A stretch of DNA of 32,000 nucleotides. Origin: an uncultured Lentisphaeria bacterium. Lineage in GTDB: Bacteria; Verrucomicrobiota; Lentisphaeria; JABSQK01; JAJFLO01. This document shows positions 17,775 through 28,804 of the stretch, piece by piece. Location of the stretch: contig OX638337.1 in the NCBI GenBank assembly GCA_951812855.1, positions 960,001 to 992,000 of the forward strand, written 5' to 3'. A model generated the notes under the pieces. The model was not told the DNA's origin. It saw only the letters and a list, made by a program, of their open reading frames with translations, and searched no databases. Both the position numbers and the translations under genes were made by a program. Positions within the stretch are counted from its first letter, which is position 1; each line of letters starts with the position of its first letter.

Positions 17775-18623
17775 ATGTTACCTGTTAAATCTAAAAATTT
17801 ACTTTTTACTTTATTCACTCTATTCTCTCTATTCACTCTTCATCATTCACTTTTTGCTGAAGAGGATGATTATCAAATCGGCGGAAAAGATGTTCTCGAA
17901 GTTATAGTGTATGACGAACCGGATTTATCAAAAGAAGCGATTAGGGTATCTCTGGACGGTTATGTAAATTTCCCATTAATTGGAAAAGTTAATGTAAAAG
18001 GGTTGACGTCCAGCCAAATTGAGGAAAAACTACAAAACCTGCTTGCTGACGGTTACATTCTTAGTCCACAAGTCTCTGTACTGGTAATGGAATACGGTAG
18101 CAGAAAGGTATTTGTTTTAGGTGCTGCAAAAAATACCGGAAGTTATGAACTTAGAGGAAAGACAACGTTATTAGAAATGATTTCAAAGGCAGGGGGCGTC
18201 GGTAAAAAAGCGGGAGATCACTTTCTTGTCCTTCGTGAAACTGAGCGTGGACCTGAGTCCATCCCGATTAACCGCAAAAAATTAATTGATGAAGGTGATT
18301 TATCACTAAATGTTATCTTAAAGAATAATGATACCGTTTATATACCCATTGCCGATGCAATTTACGTACTGGGCGAAGTTAAACGTCCTGGGACTTATGA
18401 ACTTAGCGGCAATAATCGGACGGTGCTCTCTGCTATTACCCACGCTAGTGGCTTTACAAAAATAGCAGCTCCCGAAAAAACAAAAATAATTCGCGTCAAC
18501 AATAAGGGTGTACAAGAAACGATCATTGTCGATCTTGAAGATGTTATGAAACGAGGTCAAAAATCCAAAGATATCAAACTCAAACCTGAAGATGTCATCA
18601 TCGTTCCTCAAGGAATTTTTTAA
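17775..18623 (+). CDS. Polysaccharide export protein (Wza/GumB/EpsA family, Poly_export + SLBB)
   Basis: ATG 17775 gives a signal peptide MLPVKSKNLLFTLFTLFSLFTLHHSLFA (the ORF track opens at TTG 17715). YQIGGKDVLEVIVYDEPDLS...DGYVNFPLIGKVNVKGLTSSQIEEKL...SPQVSV is the Poly_export motif. Two V.VLGEVK.PG.YEL-type SLBB repeats follow. Confidence 0.85.
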   Translation: MLPVKSKNLLFTLFTLFSLFTLHHSLFAEEDDYQIGGKDVLEVIVYDEPDLSKEAIRVSLDGYVNFPLIGKVNVKGLTSSQIEEKLQNLLADGYILSPQVSVLVMEYGSRKVFVLGAAKNTGSYELRGKTTLLEMISKAGGVGKKAGDHFLVLRETERGPESIPINRKKLIDEGDLSLNVILKNNDTVYIPIADAIYVLGEVKRPGTYELSGNNRTVLSAITHASGFTKIAAPEKTKIIRVNNKGVQETIIVDLEDVMKRGQKSKDIKLKPEDVIIVPQGIF

Positions 18624-18966
18624 TTTAAGCTATAAACTGTTTTAAAGTAAAATTTACGATTAAAACCCTGATAAGACTTATAACATTTATAAAATATCAG
18701 GTTTGACTCAGTATCTCAATTATTCAATCATATATATATAGTGTATCAAATGTAGTAGGAATCATGTAAGCCAAAAGAGAATTTAATAAACTATTAAGCC
18801 ATTTGTACTGTTTACAAATGATTGCCTGATGCTCAAGTACACTTTTGTTAGTGCCAATCGATTTTAAAGTCCAAAGTCATACGTCCTACTTGCCGTATCG
18901 AAAACATTTTTTTTTATGATTTTTCAATAAAATAAATTTAATATATAAAAAAATAAAATTCTTAAA

Positions 18967-21249
18967 ATGAGTGTAATACATCAAGAAAATTTAGAGACCT
19001 TTGAACAGAAAAAAGATATTGATCTTAAAGAATACCTCTCTGTTATCCGCAAACGCAGATGGGTTGTTTTTTTTATATCCCTGATTATAATAGTCAGTAT
19101 TACGACACACACTTTCAAAGTTCGCCCTGAATATCGGGCAGTAGTTCGCCTTCTTATAGACAAAGAGAATCCAAATATTGTTTCATTTGATGAAGTGTTG
19201 TCACTGGACGGCAGAAGTGCTGAATATTATCAGACTCAGTTCAAGATTATTACAAGCCGAGGTGTTATTGAAAAAGTTATAACGCAATTAGATCTTGAAA
19301 AGGAATTTGATGAATTACAGGAAAGAGAGAAAGAAACTAAATCTCTCTCCAATATCCTGTCTGCACTTTCTGAGTCAGTAATTCAATTATTAACATCTAT
19401 ATTCAAAAAAGACCAAGACCAGTCAATTGTAGTTGACAAAACTGTTCCTTCTAGAATTGATAACCCTGCCCTTAGAAAGGAAGAATTACTCTTTCGCGAA
19501 ATTATCGAACCATTAACAGTAACCCCCATAATGAACAGTCGCTTAGTTGATTTAGAATATACCGGGTACGATCCTCAAAGAATTACTGAAATTGTTAATG
19601 CAATTGCACGGGTGTATATAGAGCAAAATTTAGAAAACAGGCTGTATGCCTCTGAAGACGCAGCTGTTTGGCTTGATGAACGATTAACTTCAATGCAGGG
19701 AAGAGTTGAAAATTCAGAACGAGCTCTACAAATTTATAGCAAAAATGCGGGAGTAACATCAATTGAAGATAAGCAGAAAACTCTGGATCAGGAATTATCA
19801 GAATTCAATGCCGAGTTGATCAAGACTACGAAAAAAAGGGTCAAACTGGAGCAAAAATACAAAAACTCTCAGAATCCGGACCTGTCCAATTCTATTTTAG
19901 AAATTATTAATAATGCCCTTATCCAAAATCTCAACAAGGACTTGTCTGTTTTAAGAGCCAAACAATCTGAACTGGAGGGAAAATACGGAACAAAGCATCC
20001 CAAAATGATTCAGGTTGTTTTGAAAATAAATCAGATTAAAGAAATCATTGCCATTGAAGTAAAAAAAATACATGACAGCATTCAGAATAGATACCAGCTG
20101 GCTTTAATCGAAGAACAATCATTAAAAGACAGATTACAAAAATTACGGGATGAATCTGAATTTCTTAATGAAAAATCAATTCGTTATGGAGTTCTCAAAA
20201 GAGAAGCGGTCAGCAACCGGCAAATGTATGAATTGTTACTAAAACGCTTAAAAGAAACGGATTTGTCCCAAGGATTACGTACAAATAATATCCGTATTAT
20301 TGACAAAGCAAAACCCCCTTTAGAGCCGTTTAAACCAAATAAAAAACAAAATATACTGATCGGTATCATCTTTGGATTAATAAGTGGGCTCGGTTTGGCA
20401 TTCTTGATTGAATATTTAGACAATACCGTTAAGGAACCTGATGAAATAGCAATCAGATTCAACATTCCGTTTTTAGGATTGGTCGGCAATGACATAAACT
20501 CTGACAAGAAAACCTCAGTGGCAAATCCAGGTCTAACCTCAAAAATTAAACTAATTGCTTATAGAGATCCCGAATCAAATATTTCTGAAAGTCTGCGAAC
20601 CATACGCACTAATGTGATTTTTTCAGCTGATGGTGATAAGGATAAAGTATTTATGGTTACATCATCATTGCCTAAAGAAGGAAAAACAACAGTCGCGTCA
20701 AATCTTGCCGTTGTTATGGCATCACTTGGAGAAAGAGTACTGATTATTGATGCCGACCTTAGACGACCTTCCATTCATAAAGAATTAAATTGTATGAAAT
20801 CACCCGGGCTATCATCCTATCTGATTCGTCAAAAAGAAATTGATGAAATTATAATAGATACTCAAATAAATAATTTATCAGTTGTTCCCAGCGGGCTTAC
20901 ACCTCCAAATCCTTCCGAATTGCTCAGTCATCCCCAAATGAAAGCACTATTAGACTATGCAAGGGAACATTACGATCGAGTTATTCTCGACACACCACCA
21001 GTTGCATCTGTAACTGATCCTATTGTTATTAGTAGACAGGCTCACGCGGTTCTCTTTGTTATTCGTTTTGGTTTAGCACCCAGAGATGCAATATCTAAAT
21101 CTATTCAACAACTAAAACTGGTCAAAGCAAATATTATGGGTGCAGTGTTGAATGGTGTCGATTTCAGCAAGGATTCTTATTATTATCAGTATTATTATAA
21201 GCATTACTACCATAAAGAAACTGATGGTGAAAAAGCAACCCCTTCCTGA
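18967..21249 (+). CDS. Polysaccharide co-polymerase / tyrosine autokinase (Wzc-like BY-kinase)
   Basis: 760 aa. The N-terminal Wzz-type module has two TM segments flanking a long coiled-coil region. The C-terminal P-loop kinase carries Walker A SSLPKEGKTTVASNLA, A' LIIDADLRRPSIH and B VILDTPP. A C-terminal tyrosine cluster SYYYQYYYKHYYH lies at 21178-21210. Confidence 0.9.
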   Translation: MSVIHQENLETFEQKKDIDLKEYLSVIRKRRWVVFFISLIIIVSITTHTFKVRPEYRAVVRLLIDKENPNIVSFDEVLSLDGRSAEYYQTQFKIITSRGVIEKVITQLDLEKEFDELQEREKETKSLSNILSALSESVIQLLTSIFKKDQDQSIVVDKTVPSRIDNPALRKEELLFREIIEPLTVTPIMNSRLVDLEYTGYDPQRITEIVNAIARVYIEQNLENRLYASEDAAVWLDERLTSMQGRVENSERALQIYSKNAGVTSIEDKQKTLDQELSEFNAELIKTTKKRVKLEQKYKNSQNPDLSNSILEIINNALIQNLNKDLSVLRAKQSELEGKYGTKHPKMIQVVLKINQIKEIIAIEVKKIHDSIQNRYQLALIEEQSLKDRLQKLRDESEFLNEKSIRYGVLKREAVSNRQMYELLLKRLKETDLSQGLRTNNIRIIDKAKPPLEPFKPNKKQNILIGIIFGLISGLGLAFLIEYLDNTVKEPDEIAIRFNIPFLGLVGNDINSDKKTSVANPGLTSKIKLIAYRDPESNISESLRTIRTNVIFSADGDKDKVFMVTSSLPKEGKTTVASNLAVVMASLGERVLIIDADLRRPSIHKELNCMKSPGLSSYLIRQKEIDEIIIDTQINNLSVVPSGLTPPNPSELLSHPQMKALLDYAREHYDRVILDTPPVASVTDPIVISRQAHAVLFVIRFGLAPRDAISKSIQQLKLVKANIMGAVLNGVDFSKDSYYYQYYYKHYYHKETDGEKATPS

Positions 21250-21447
21250 CTTTGACCTGCCGGGACTGCAGCTCAAGTGCTGTCCATTAAATAACTGATC
21301 TGTCATAAAATCCATCACCGAGACTTTGGCTTTGTAACTTTGTTACCCAATCCCTCAGTACAGTATAGTTGATAAATGTCCTTGTGATTGACCGCCCATG
21401 TCCGACAAATGCTTACTTGAAATATTACTCGAAGAAAATAAACCAAA

Positions 21448-21944
21448 TCACACCTCTATTTCAGCCGCTATCCGCGATGGGATCCAGCCGAGATTAAAGC
21501 CGCACGCCCATCTCTCGATACATTCACCCCGCCCTCCTGGCAAACTGAAAAGGCAATCCTTCTGAACATTTATTCTCAACTGACGGGTGTTGTGCCGATG
21601 ACAGGCAAGTTATAAAAACGATCTGGATTATCAACCAATATGCAGCGCTGCCCAAAGAAGGCATCCTTGGCGGTCGCACGCATCACTTGGCACACGAGTT
21701 CACTAAAACAGGGCACCAAGTCTATGTCGTCGGTGCAAGGTGGCATCATCATCTGACAGACCGCAGCCATGCCGAGACTTAATTCTTTGTACTTGGCATT
21801 AGCGGCCGTTTGTGCTTCGTCGGCATCGGTATATTAATGTCGGAGGCTAAATACCCCCTCGGCAGTGCCCGCCCCGTCGGCCCAGTCGATTTTTGCCGCA
21901 ACCGCTCGGGTCCCCCTCCAGGTCCGACACCAGGAGAAGTGAAA
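21448..21944 (-). pseudogene. GC-rich relic of an unidentified protein-coding gene
   Basis: On the minus strand, one frame is open from 21944 to 21576 (122 codons) apart from a single in-frame TAA (21834-21836). After a 1-nt frame change, 44 more codons run to a stop at 21448-21450. The peptide looks protein-like (..KIDWADGAGTAEGVFSLRH*YTDADEAQTAANAKYKELSLGMAAVCQMMMPPCTDD..CILVDNPDRFYNLPVIGTTPV..) but I cannot assign a family. Confidence 0.4.
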
Positions 21945-22026
21945 TTACAGAAAGAAAGTTACACTCCCTGGAAAGAAGTCATTTATTTGTAAAGAATATT
22001 AAATGAAACTGTGTACGTTTTAATTA

Positions 22027-23655
22027 TTAGCATAATGCCTTATCAACAATGTCCTGTGCTTCGTTTAACAATTGTTTTAAGTGATCATCACCAATAAAAC
22101 TTTCTGCATAAATCTTGTAAACATCCTCGGTACCGGAAGGTCGTGCCGCAAACCAGCCGTTTTCAGTGGCGACTTTAACTCCGCCGATCGGCACAGCATT
22201 GCCGGGAGCATTACTTAGTTTTTGGAGAATTTTTTCACCTGCTAATGTGTTTGCTGTTATTTGGTTCGGGGAAAGATTTTTTAGCCTGTTTTTCTGTTCA
22301 GAATTAGCTGCTGCGTCGATCCGCCGATAGACCGGATCACCAAATTTCTCTGTAAGTTCTTTATAATGTTCACCGGGGTCCTTTCCTGTTTTGGCCATAA
22401 TTTCGGCTGCGAGTAAATCGAGAATAATTCCATCCTTGTCTGTTGTCCATGCGGTACCGTCAAATCGGAGGAACGATGCCCCGGCGCTTTCCTCCCCGCC
22501 AAATCCATAGGTCCCTGTCCGGAGACCCTGGACAAACCATTTAAAGCCGACGGGTACCTCTAATAACCTCTGACCGAATGAATCGGCGACCCGGTCAATC
22601 ATGCTGCTGCTGACCAGGGTCTTTCCGATTGCTGCATCAGGCTTCCATCCCGGACGATTTGTGAAAAGGTAATGAATGGCTGCTGCGAGATAGTGATTCG
22701 GATTCATCAAACCGACACTCTTAGTCACGATTCCATGGCGATCGCTGTCAGGATCGTTGCCAAAGGCAATATCATAATTTTCTTTCATAGCAATCAGCCC
22801 GGCCATAGCGTAGGGAGAGGAACAGTCCATCCGAATTTTTCCGTCTTTGTCAACCGTCATAAATTTGAATGTTGGATCGATATCTTTGTTGACGATATCA
22901 ATATTAAGACCATATCGGTCTGCGATAGGCTGCCAATACTGCAGTGATGCACCCCCCATGGGATCAACCCCTATATTTAATCCTGCGGATTTAATTGCAT
23001 CCATGTCGATGACATTCTCGAGGTCGTTTACAAACGGTTTAATATAGTCGTGGGCATGGGTAGAATCCGCAGTTAAGGCCTGTTCTAAAGATAATTTACG
23101 GACATCATGATTTGAATTATTCATCAACGAGTTTGCCCGATCTTCAATCCATCCGGTGATTGTGGTATTTGCCGGGCCGCCATCGGGTGGGTTGTATTTA
23201 AATCCACCATCTTCAGGAGGATTATGAGATGGTGTAATAACGATACCATCCGCATCTGCTTTCTTCGCTGATTTATTATGTGTTAAAATCGCATGTGAAA
23301 CAACTGGAGTTGGTGTATACCCATTATCCTTTTGTATATACACATCGACGGTGTTGGCAGCCAGCACCTCTATTGCTGTATTGAATGCCGGGGTTGAAAG
23401 TGCGTGTGTATCTTTTCCGATGTACAGCGGACCTTTAATTGCATTGGTATCGCGGTAGTCACAAATTGCCTGAGTGATCGCCTGAATATGACGTTCATTA
23501 AAACTGCCTGCATTCGACGATCCGCGATGACCCGAGGTACCAAAGGCAACAGGTTGAAGACGATCCACCTTTTCATAATAAGTATCTACTAAATGTGCGA
23601 TGTCAGCGATCAATTCAGTGGGAACCGGTTTTCCGGCTAAAGGATGTAATGACAT
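22027..23655 (-). CDS. pgm: Phosphoglucomutase (alpha-D-glucose phosphate-specific)
   Basis: 542 aa with FGTSGHRG, active-site loop [15 protein letters not shown], Mg loop [11 protein letters not shown], sugar loop GGEESAG and phosphate loop RPSGTED. An AGGAGA Shine-Dalgarno sequence lies upstream of the ATG. Confidence 0.9.
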   Translation of the reverse strand: MSLHPLAGKPVPTELIADIAHLVDTYYEKVDRLQPVAFGTSGHRGSSNAGSFNERHIQAITQAICDYRDTNAIKGPLYIGKDTHALSTPAFNTAIEVLAANTVDVYIQKDNGYTPTPVVSHAILTHNKSAKKADADGIVITPSHNPPEDGGFKYNPPDGGPANTTITGWIEDRANSLMNNSNHDVRKLSLEQALTADSTHAHDYIKPFVNDLENVIDMDAIKSAGLNIGVDPMGGASLQYWQPIADRYGLNIDIVNKDIDPTFKFMTVDKDGKIRMDCSSPYAMAGLIAMKENYDIAFGNDPDSDRHGIVTKSVGLMNPNHYLAAAIHYLFTNRPGWKPDAAIGKTLVSSSMIDRVADSFGQRLLEVPVGFKWFVQGLRTGTYGFGGEESAGASFLRFDGTAWTTDKDGIILDLLAAEIMAKTGKDPGEHYKELTEKFGDPVYRRIDAAANSEQKNRLKNLSPNQITANTLAGEKILQKLSNAPGNAVPIGGVKVATENGWFAARPSGTEDVYKIYAESFIGDDHLKQLLNEAQDIVDKALC

Positions 23656-23969
23656 GGATTTTGTCTCCTGTAACGTTATTCAATGATGACTACAGTCAGG
23701 TATTGTAATACTTGAAACAGATCTTCAGGTTCCGGGATGAGAAAATCAAACATGAATGTATACCGATTATTATTTAAATCCATTGTGTCTGTATCACAAT
23801 GTTTTTACGTACTTTCCGAGTAAAAAACCAGCATAAAATTCAGGTTAAAATGCTATAAAGTAAAATTAATGGTACCATATTTTATGAGGTGTAAAGGATA
23901 CGGTGCGGGATATCCGAAATAAATCTGTATTGATAATAAGGCGTTACTGTCATGATACGGAGCTATCCC

Positions 23970-24326
23970 TCAAATGGCGATTTTACGTTTTTCATAATTG
24001 ACAAGAAGTTGCGGTCTAAATTTCGTTTCATTTTCGAGATAATGCAGTTCCGTAATCACTCTTGTAGAACGGAATTCTTCTGGTTTACTTAAACATTCGA
24101 GAAAATGAACAGCACTGCCCCATTGTGCAACATGTTGAGGCTCTGCTGAAAGTGACACATTTTCATCCCATTTTATATCCAGCGAATAGCTGACACAGGT
24201 TGATTTCGAAATTGTTATAAGTTCTGCTAATACTGGTATATATAAACGAATCCCTGCCCTGGCCAACGCTGCCGGGTTCACCTTCAGCACAATGCCACGG
24301 CTTAAATACCTAAAAAAGAAATGCAC
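23970..24326 (-). CDS. Hypothetical protein, possibly a truncated gene fragment
   Basis: 118-aa ORF with a GTG start and no Shine-Dalgarno sequence. The frame closes 6 codons upstream of the start and abuts the truncated IS remnant. No family recognised. Confidence 0.3.
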   Translation of the reverse strand: MHFFFRYLSRGIVLKVNPAALARAGIRLYIPVLAELITISKSTCVSYSLDIKWDENVSLSAEPQHVAQWGSAVHFLECLSKPEEFRSTRVITELHYLENETKFRPQLLVNYEKRKIAI

Positions 24327-24360
24327 AGTGAGGTCGCCCAGGCATTACCATAGACGATGA

Positions 24361-24594
24361 CGTACCACTAATATGGCAGAAAACATCAATAAACAATTAA
24401 AGGAACGAACACGCATCGCATCACTTTTCCCAAACGAAGCATCACTGCTCAGATTGGCAAGTGCCATTTTGATCAAAATCAGCGACCGGCGGACGCTGGA
24501 AAACGTACCTGAAAATGGATCATCAATGACCTGCGATTATCAAACTGCAGAAAAAAATTTGCATTACCGCCATTTTTTAATAATTGTGTACTAA
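24361..24594 (+). mobile_element. IS256/Mutator-family transposase, C-terminal remnant only (frameshifted)
   Basis: RTTNMAENINKQLKERTRIASLFPNEASLLRLASAILIKIS matches the IS256-family C-terminus as I recall it (TN.IE..N...RRR......FPN..S..RL..A.L.....EW). The expected W...YLKMD ending is in the +1 frame (24479-24529, stop TGA 24527-24529). The upstream ~300 aa, including the DDE core, is missing (stop at 24358-24360). Confidence 0.7.
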
Positions 24595-24710
24595 TTTTGC
24601 TGTTTATAAGTGATTTACTCATGTTTGTGTGTAGTGTAAAAGCTTTCGTTTTATACACAATAAATATTTGATAATGAACAATGCGTGAGTTATATGAGGA
24701 GAACGACTAA

Positions 24711-26186
<1,476 letters not shown>

Positions 26187-26250
26187 GCATACTTTTACAC
26201 ACTGATTACAGTTGCAATTGTACTGAATAACATTTAATCACCGAGAAAAA

Positions 26251-28029
26251 ATGCATCCATTCAGAACACATACATGCGGGGAACTATGCAAAGACCATGT
26301 CGGCGAGTCCGTTCGTCTTTCCGGCTGGGTTCATCGCGTCAGAGATCATGGAGGCGTCATCTTTGTTGATCTTCGTGACCACTATGGAATTACCCAGATT
26401 GTCATTGATCCGGAAAAGGAAATATATCAGGATTTACATCATTGGCGTGTCGAGTCAGTGGTAACGTTTACGGGTAAAATCGTCCTTCGTGATGAGAAAA
26501 CGGTCAATTCTAAAATACCAACCGGCCACATCGAGCTTGCCGCAGATGAAATGGATATGCAAAGTAAAGCCGATTTATTACCGTTTCCCGTGGCAGATGA
26601 AGCACCGTGTCCGGAGTCAACCCGATTATCCTACCGTTTTCTGGATTTACGCAGAGAAGATCTTCATCAAAATATTATTCTCCGCTCACAAATTATTGAC
26701 AGTATTCGTAAACGTATGGTTAAGTCAGGCTACAATGAATTGCAAACACCGATTCTGACATCGAGTTCACCAGAAGGTGCACGTGATTTTCTTGTTCCCA
26801 GTCGGTTACATCCCGGAAAATTTTATGCATTGCCCCAGGCACCGCAGCAGTTTAAACAGTTGCTTATGGTTTCTGGTTTCGATAAATATTTTCAAATTGC
26901 ACCCTGCTTCCGAGATGAAGATTCAAGAGCCGATCGGTCTCCGGGTGAATTTTATCAACTTGATTTGGAAAGGTCATTTGCAACTCAGGATGACATTTTT
27001 GCAGATGTTGAGTCTGTGTTATCCGGCCTTTTTAACGAATTTTCAGATGACAGTATTGATGATGCACCATTTATACGTATTCCCTACAAACAGGCAATTT
27101 TAGAGTTTGGCAACGATAAGCCGGACTTAACGAACCCTTTACGACTGATTGACGTAACAGATGAATTTAGAGATTCTGAATTTAATGCATTTGCCAACGT
27201 CGTTAAAAAAGGCGGGGCGGTGCGTGCAATTAGTGTTAAAGGTATTGTTGATCAATCACGAAAATTCTTCGATGATATGATCGAATTTGCTCAGTCCGTT
27301 GGAGCAAAAGGACTTGCCTACATAGGTTGGAAAGATGGAAATGAGCGTAGTCCAATTGCCAAATTTTTAACTGAAGAAGCATTGGAAACATTAAAAGTTA
27401 AAGGAAAAATTGATGATACTGATGTCATGTTTTTTATATGTGATAAGATAGAGAAGGTATCCGATATCGGTGCTGCTGTTATAAAGGAACTGGCTGACCG
27501 TTTGGATTTACGTGAAAAGAATGCGTATCGATTTTGCTGGATTGTTGATTATCCAATGTTTGAGCTCAATGAACAAACTCGGAAAATAGAATTCTCGCAT
27601 AATCCATTTTCAATGCCGCAAGGAGAAATGGATTCATTAAAAAACAACGATCCTCTTGATGTGTCAGCCTATCAATATGACCTCGTTTGCAATGGAGTTG
27701 AGCTATCCAGTGGTGCGATTCGAAATCACAAACCGGATATCATGTATAAAGCATTCGGTATTGCCGGATATACACGAGATGAAGTCAATGACAAATTCTC
27801 AGGTCTGATTCGGGCATTTAAATTGGGTGCACCCCCACATGGCGGTATTGCACCGGGTATTGACCGCATTATTATGCTTCTTACAAAATCACCCAATATT
27901 CGTGAAGTTATTGCATTTCCAATGAATCAACAGGCTCAAGATCTCATGATGAATGCACCTTCATCAGTAAAACCGCGGCAACTTAAAGAACTTCACCTTG
28001 AAGTAAAACTTCCGAAAAAGAAACAATAA
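26251..28029 (+). CDS. aspS: Aspartate--tRNA ligase (bacterial type)
   Basis: 592 aa. OB-fold LSGWVHRVRDHGGVIFVDLRDHYG; class II motif 1 region QAPQQFKQLLMVSGFDKYFQIAPCFRDED; motif 2 EFYQLDLE; a GAD insertion; and motif 3 GGIAPGIDRIIML. Confidence 0.92.
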   Translation: MHPFRTHTCGELCKDHVGESVRLSGWVHRVRDHGGVIFVDLRDHYGITQIVIDPEKEIYQDLHHWRVESVVTFTGKIVLRDEKTVNSKIPTGHIELAADEMDMQSKADLLPFPVADEAPCPESTRLSYRFLDLRREDLHQNIILRSQIIDSIRKRMVKSGYNELQTPILTSSSPEGARDFLVPSRLHPGKFYALPQAPQQFKQLLMVSGFDKYFQIAPCFRDEDSRADRSPGEFYQLDLERSFATQDDIFADVESVLSGLFNEFSDDSIDDAPFIRIPYKQAILEFGNDKPDLTNPLRLIDVTDEFRDSEFNAFANVVKKGGAVRAISVKGIVDQSRKFFDDMIEFAQSVGAKGLAYIGWKDGNERSPIAKFLTEEALETLKVKGKIDDTDVMFFICDKIEKVSDIGAAVIKELADRLDLREKNAYRFCWIVDYPMFELNEQTRKIEFSHNPFSMPQGEMDSLKNNDPLDVSAYQYDLVCNGVELSSGAIRNHKPDIMYKAFGIAGYTRDEVNDKFSGLIRAFKLGAPPHGGIAPGIDRIIMLLTKSPNIREVIAFPMNQQAQDLMMNAPSSVKPRQLKELHLEVKLPKKKQ

Positions 28030-28121
28030 GGTTATTTGTTTTCTGGAGGTGAAATATTTTCGTTATTATTCTTAATACCCGCCTAATATGGTATATAAGA
28101 ACGAATCTTTATTAATCGATT

Positions 28122-28325
28122 TTATTTATACTCGAGAATGGTTGCACCATCGGTAAATCCCCCGCCAAAACTGCAGAGACCGATATCATTGTAACCGTCC
28201 ATATCTGCCATAATATCATTAAGGGCAAGTGGTATGGTATTGGATGAGGTATTTCCAGGATGCTCAATATTACAAAAAACTTTCTCATTATCAATATTTA
28301 ATCCTGTTTGGGTTCCAATTGTCAT
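28122..28325 (-). pseudogene. 3-oxoacyl-ACP synthase III (FabH/KAS III-like), C-terminal relic
   Basis: The 67 aa GLNIDNEKVFCNIEHPGNTSSNTIPLALNDI...GLCSFGGGFTDGATILEYK align with my recollection of the E. coli FabH C-terminus ([30 protein letters not shown]...LLEAFGGGFTWGSALVRF). The frame closes 2 codons upstream of the ATG. The ~250 N-terminal residues, including catalytic Cys and His, are absent. Confidence 0.65.
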
Positions 28326-28804
28326 GGATTGTCACACAATTGTACACGGATTTATTAAATTAGTTTAAATATAAGGGAGTCAATATGAATACACCTCTCA
28401 TCTTTGAATGATCGCAAGAAGACTCGAATATGCTTTTTATGTTTATCAGCCAAGTTTTATTTTCCATGGTATTTGTTAGTGGGGTAAGCTTTGGTTTTCG
28501 TATCGGTTTGTTATTAAGCACATTGTATTGTCAGATTCATGGCAGCTGTTTGAATTACCGGTGTTCACAGGGCAGGTTACAGCCTTGACGTATCTGTTCA
28601 CCTTAATATACAGGATGCACTTTCAGGAAATAGCCGGGGCAGTTTCTTTTAACTAAATGGCAGCCTTGTATTTTACCTCACTTTAATTATTTATGGTAAA
28701 CTGACGGGCTGTAACACCGGGCTTAATGGCCTTGTATTCCTCTGAAAAATCAGGCGGGCGGCATATTTTTTGACATCATTTTAAAATTTATAAAGATTAA
28801 CGCC

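Noticed and set aside
21810-21992. 60-aa + strand ORF in the GC-rich island (also an unlisted 57-codon + ORF at 21399-21572).
   Set aside because: They are Pro/Gly/Arg-rich peptides typical of an off-frame in GC-rich DNA. The minus-strand frame is far longer and more protein-like.
23781-23806. Perfect 7-bp palindrome CATTGTG-N7-CACAATG followed by TTTTT in the pgm upstream region (CRP-like site or terminator).
   Set aside because: The TGTG/CACA spacing is 1 nt shorter than the CRP consensus. The stem is AT-rich, and no + strand gene upstream needs terminating. It is kept only as an unexplained palindrome.
23970-24326. Rx5H (RVITELHY) near the C-terminus of the 118-aa ORF as a HEPN/HepT toxin motif.
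   Set aside because: It is a single short motif with atypical spacing for DUF86 (RNxxxH). There is no adjacent nucleotidyltransferase antitoxin and no other support.
28112-28294. 60-aa minus-strand ORF overlapping the FabH stub.
   Set aside because: It is an alternative frame of the same DNA. Only the 28122-28325 frame shows FabH homology.
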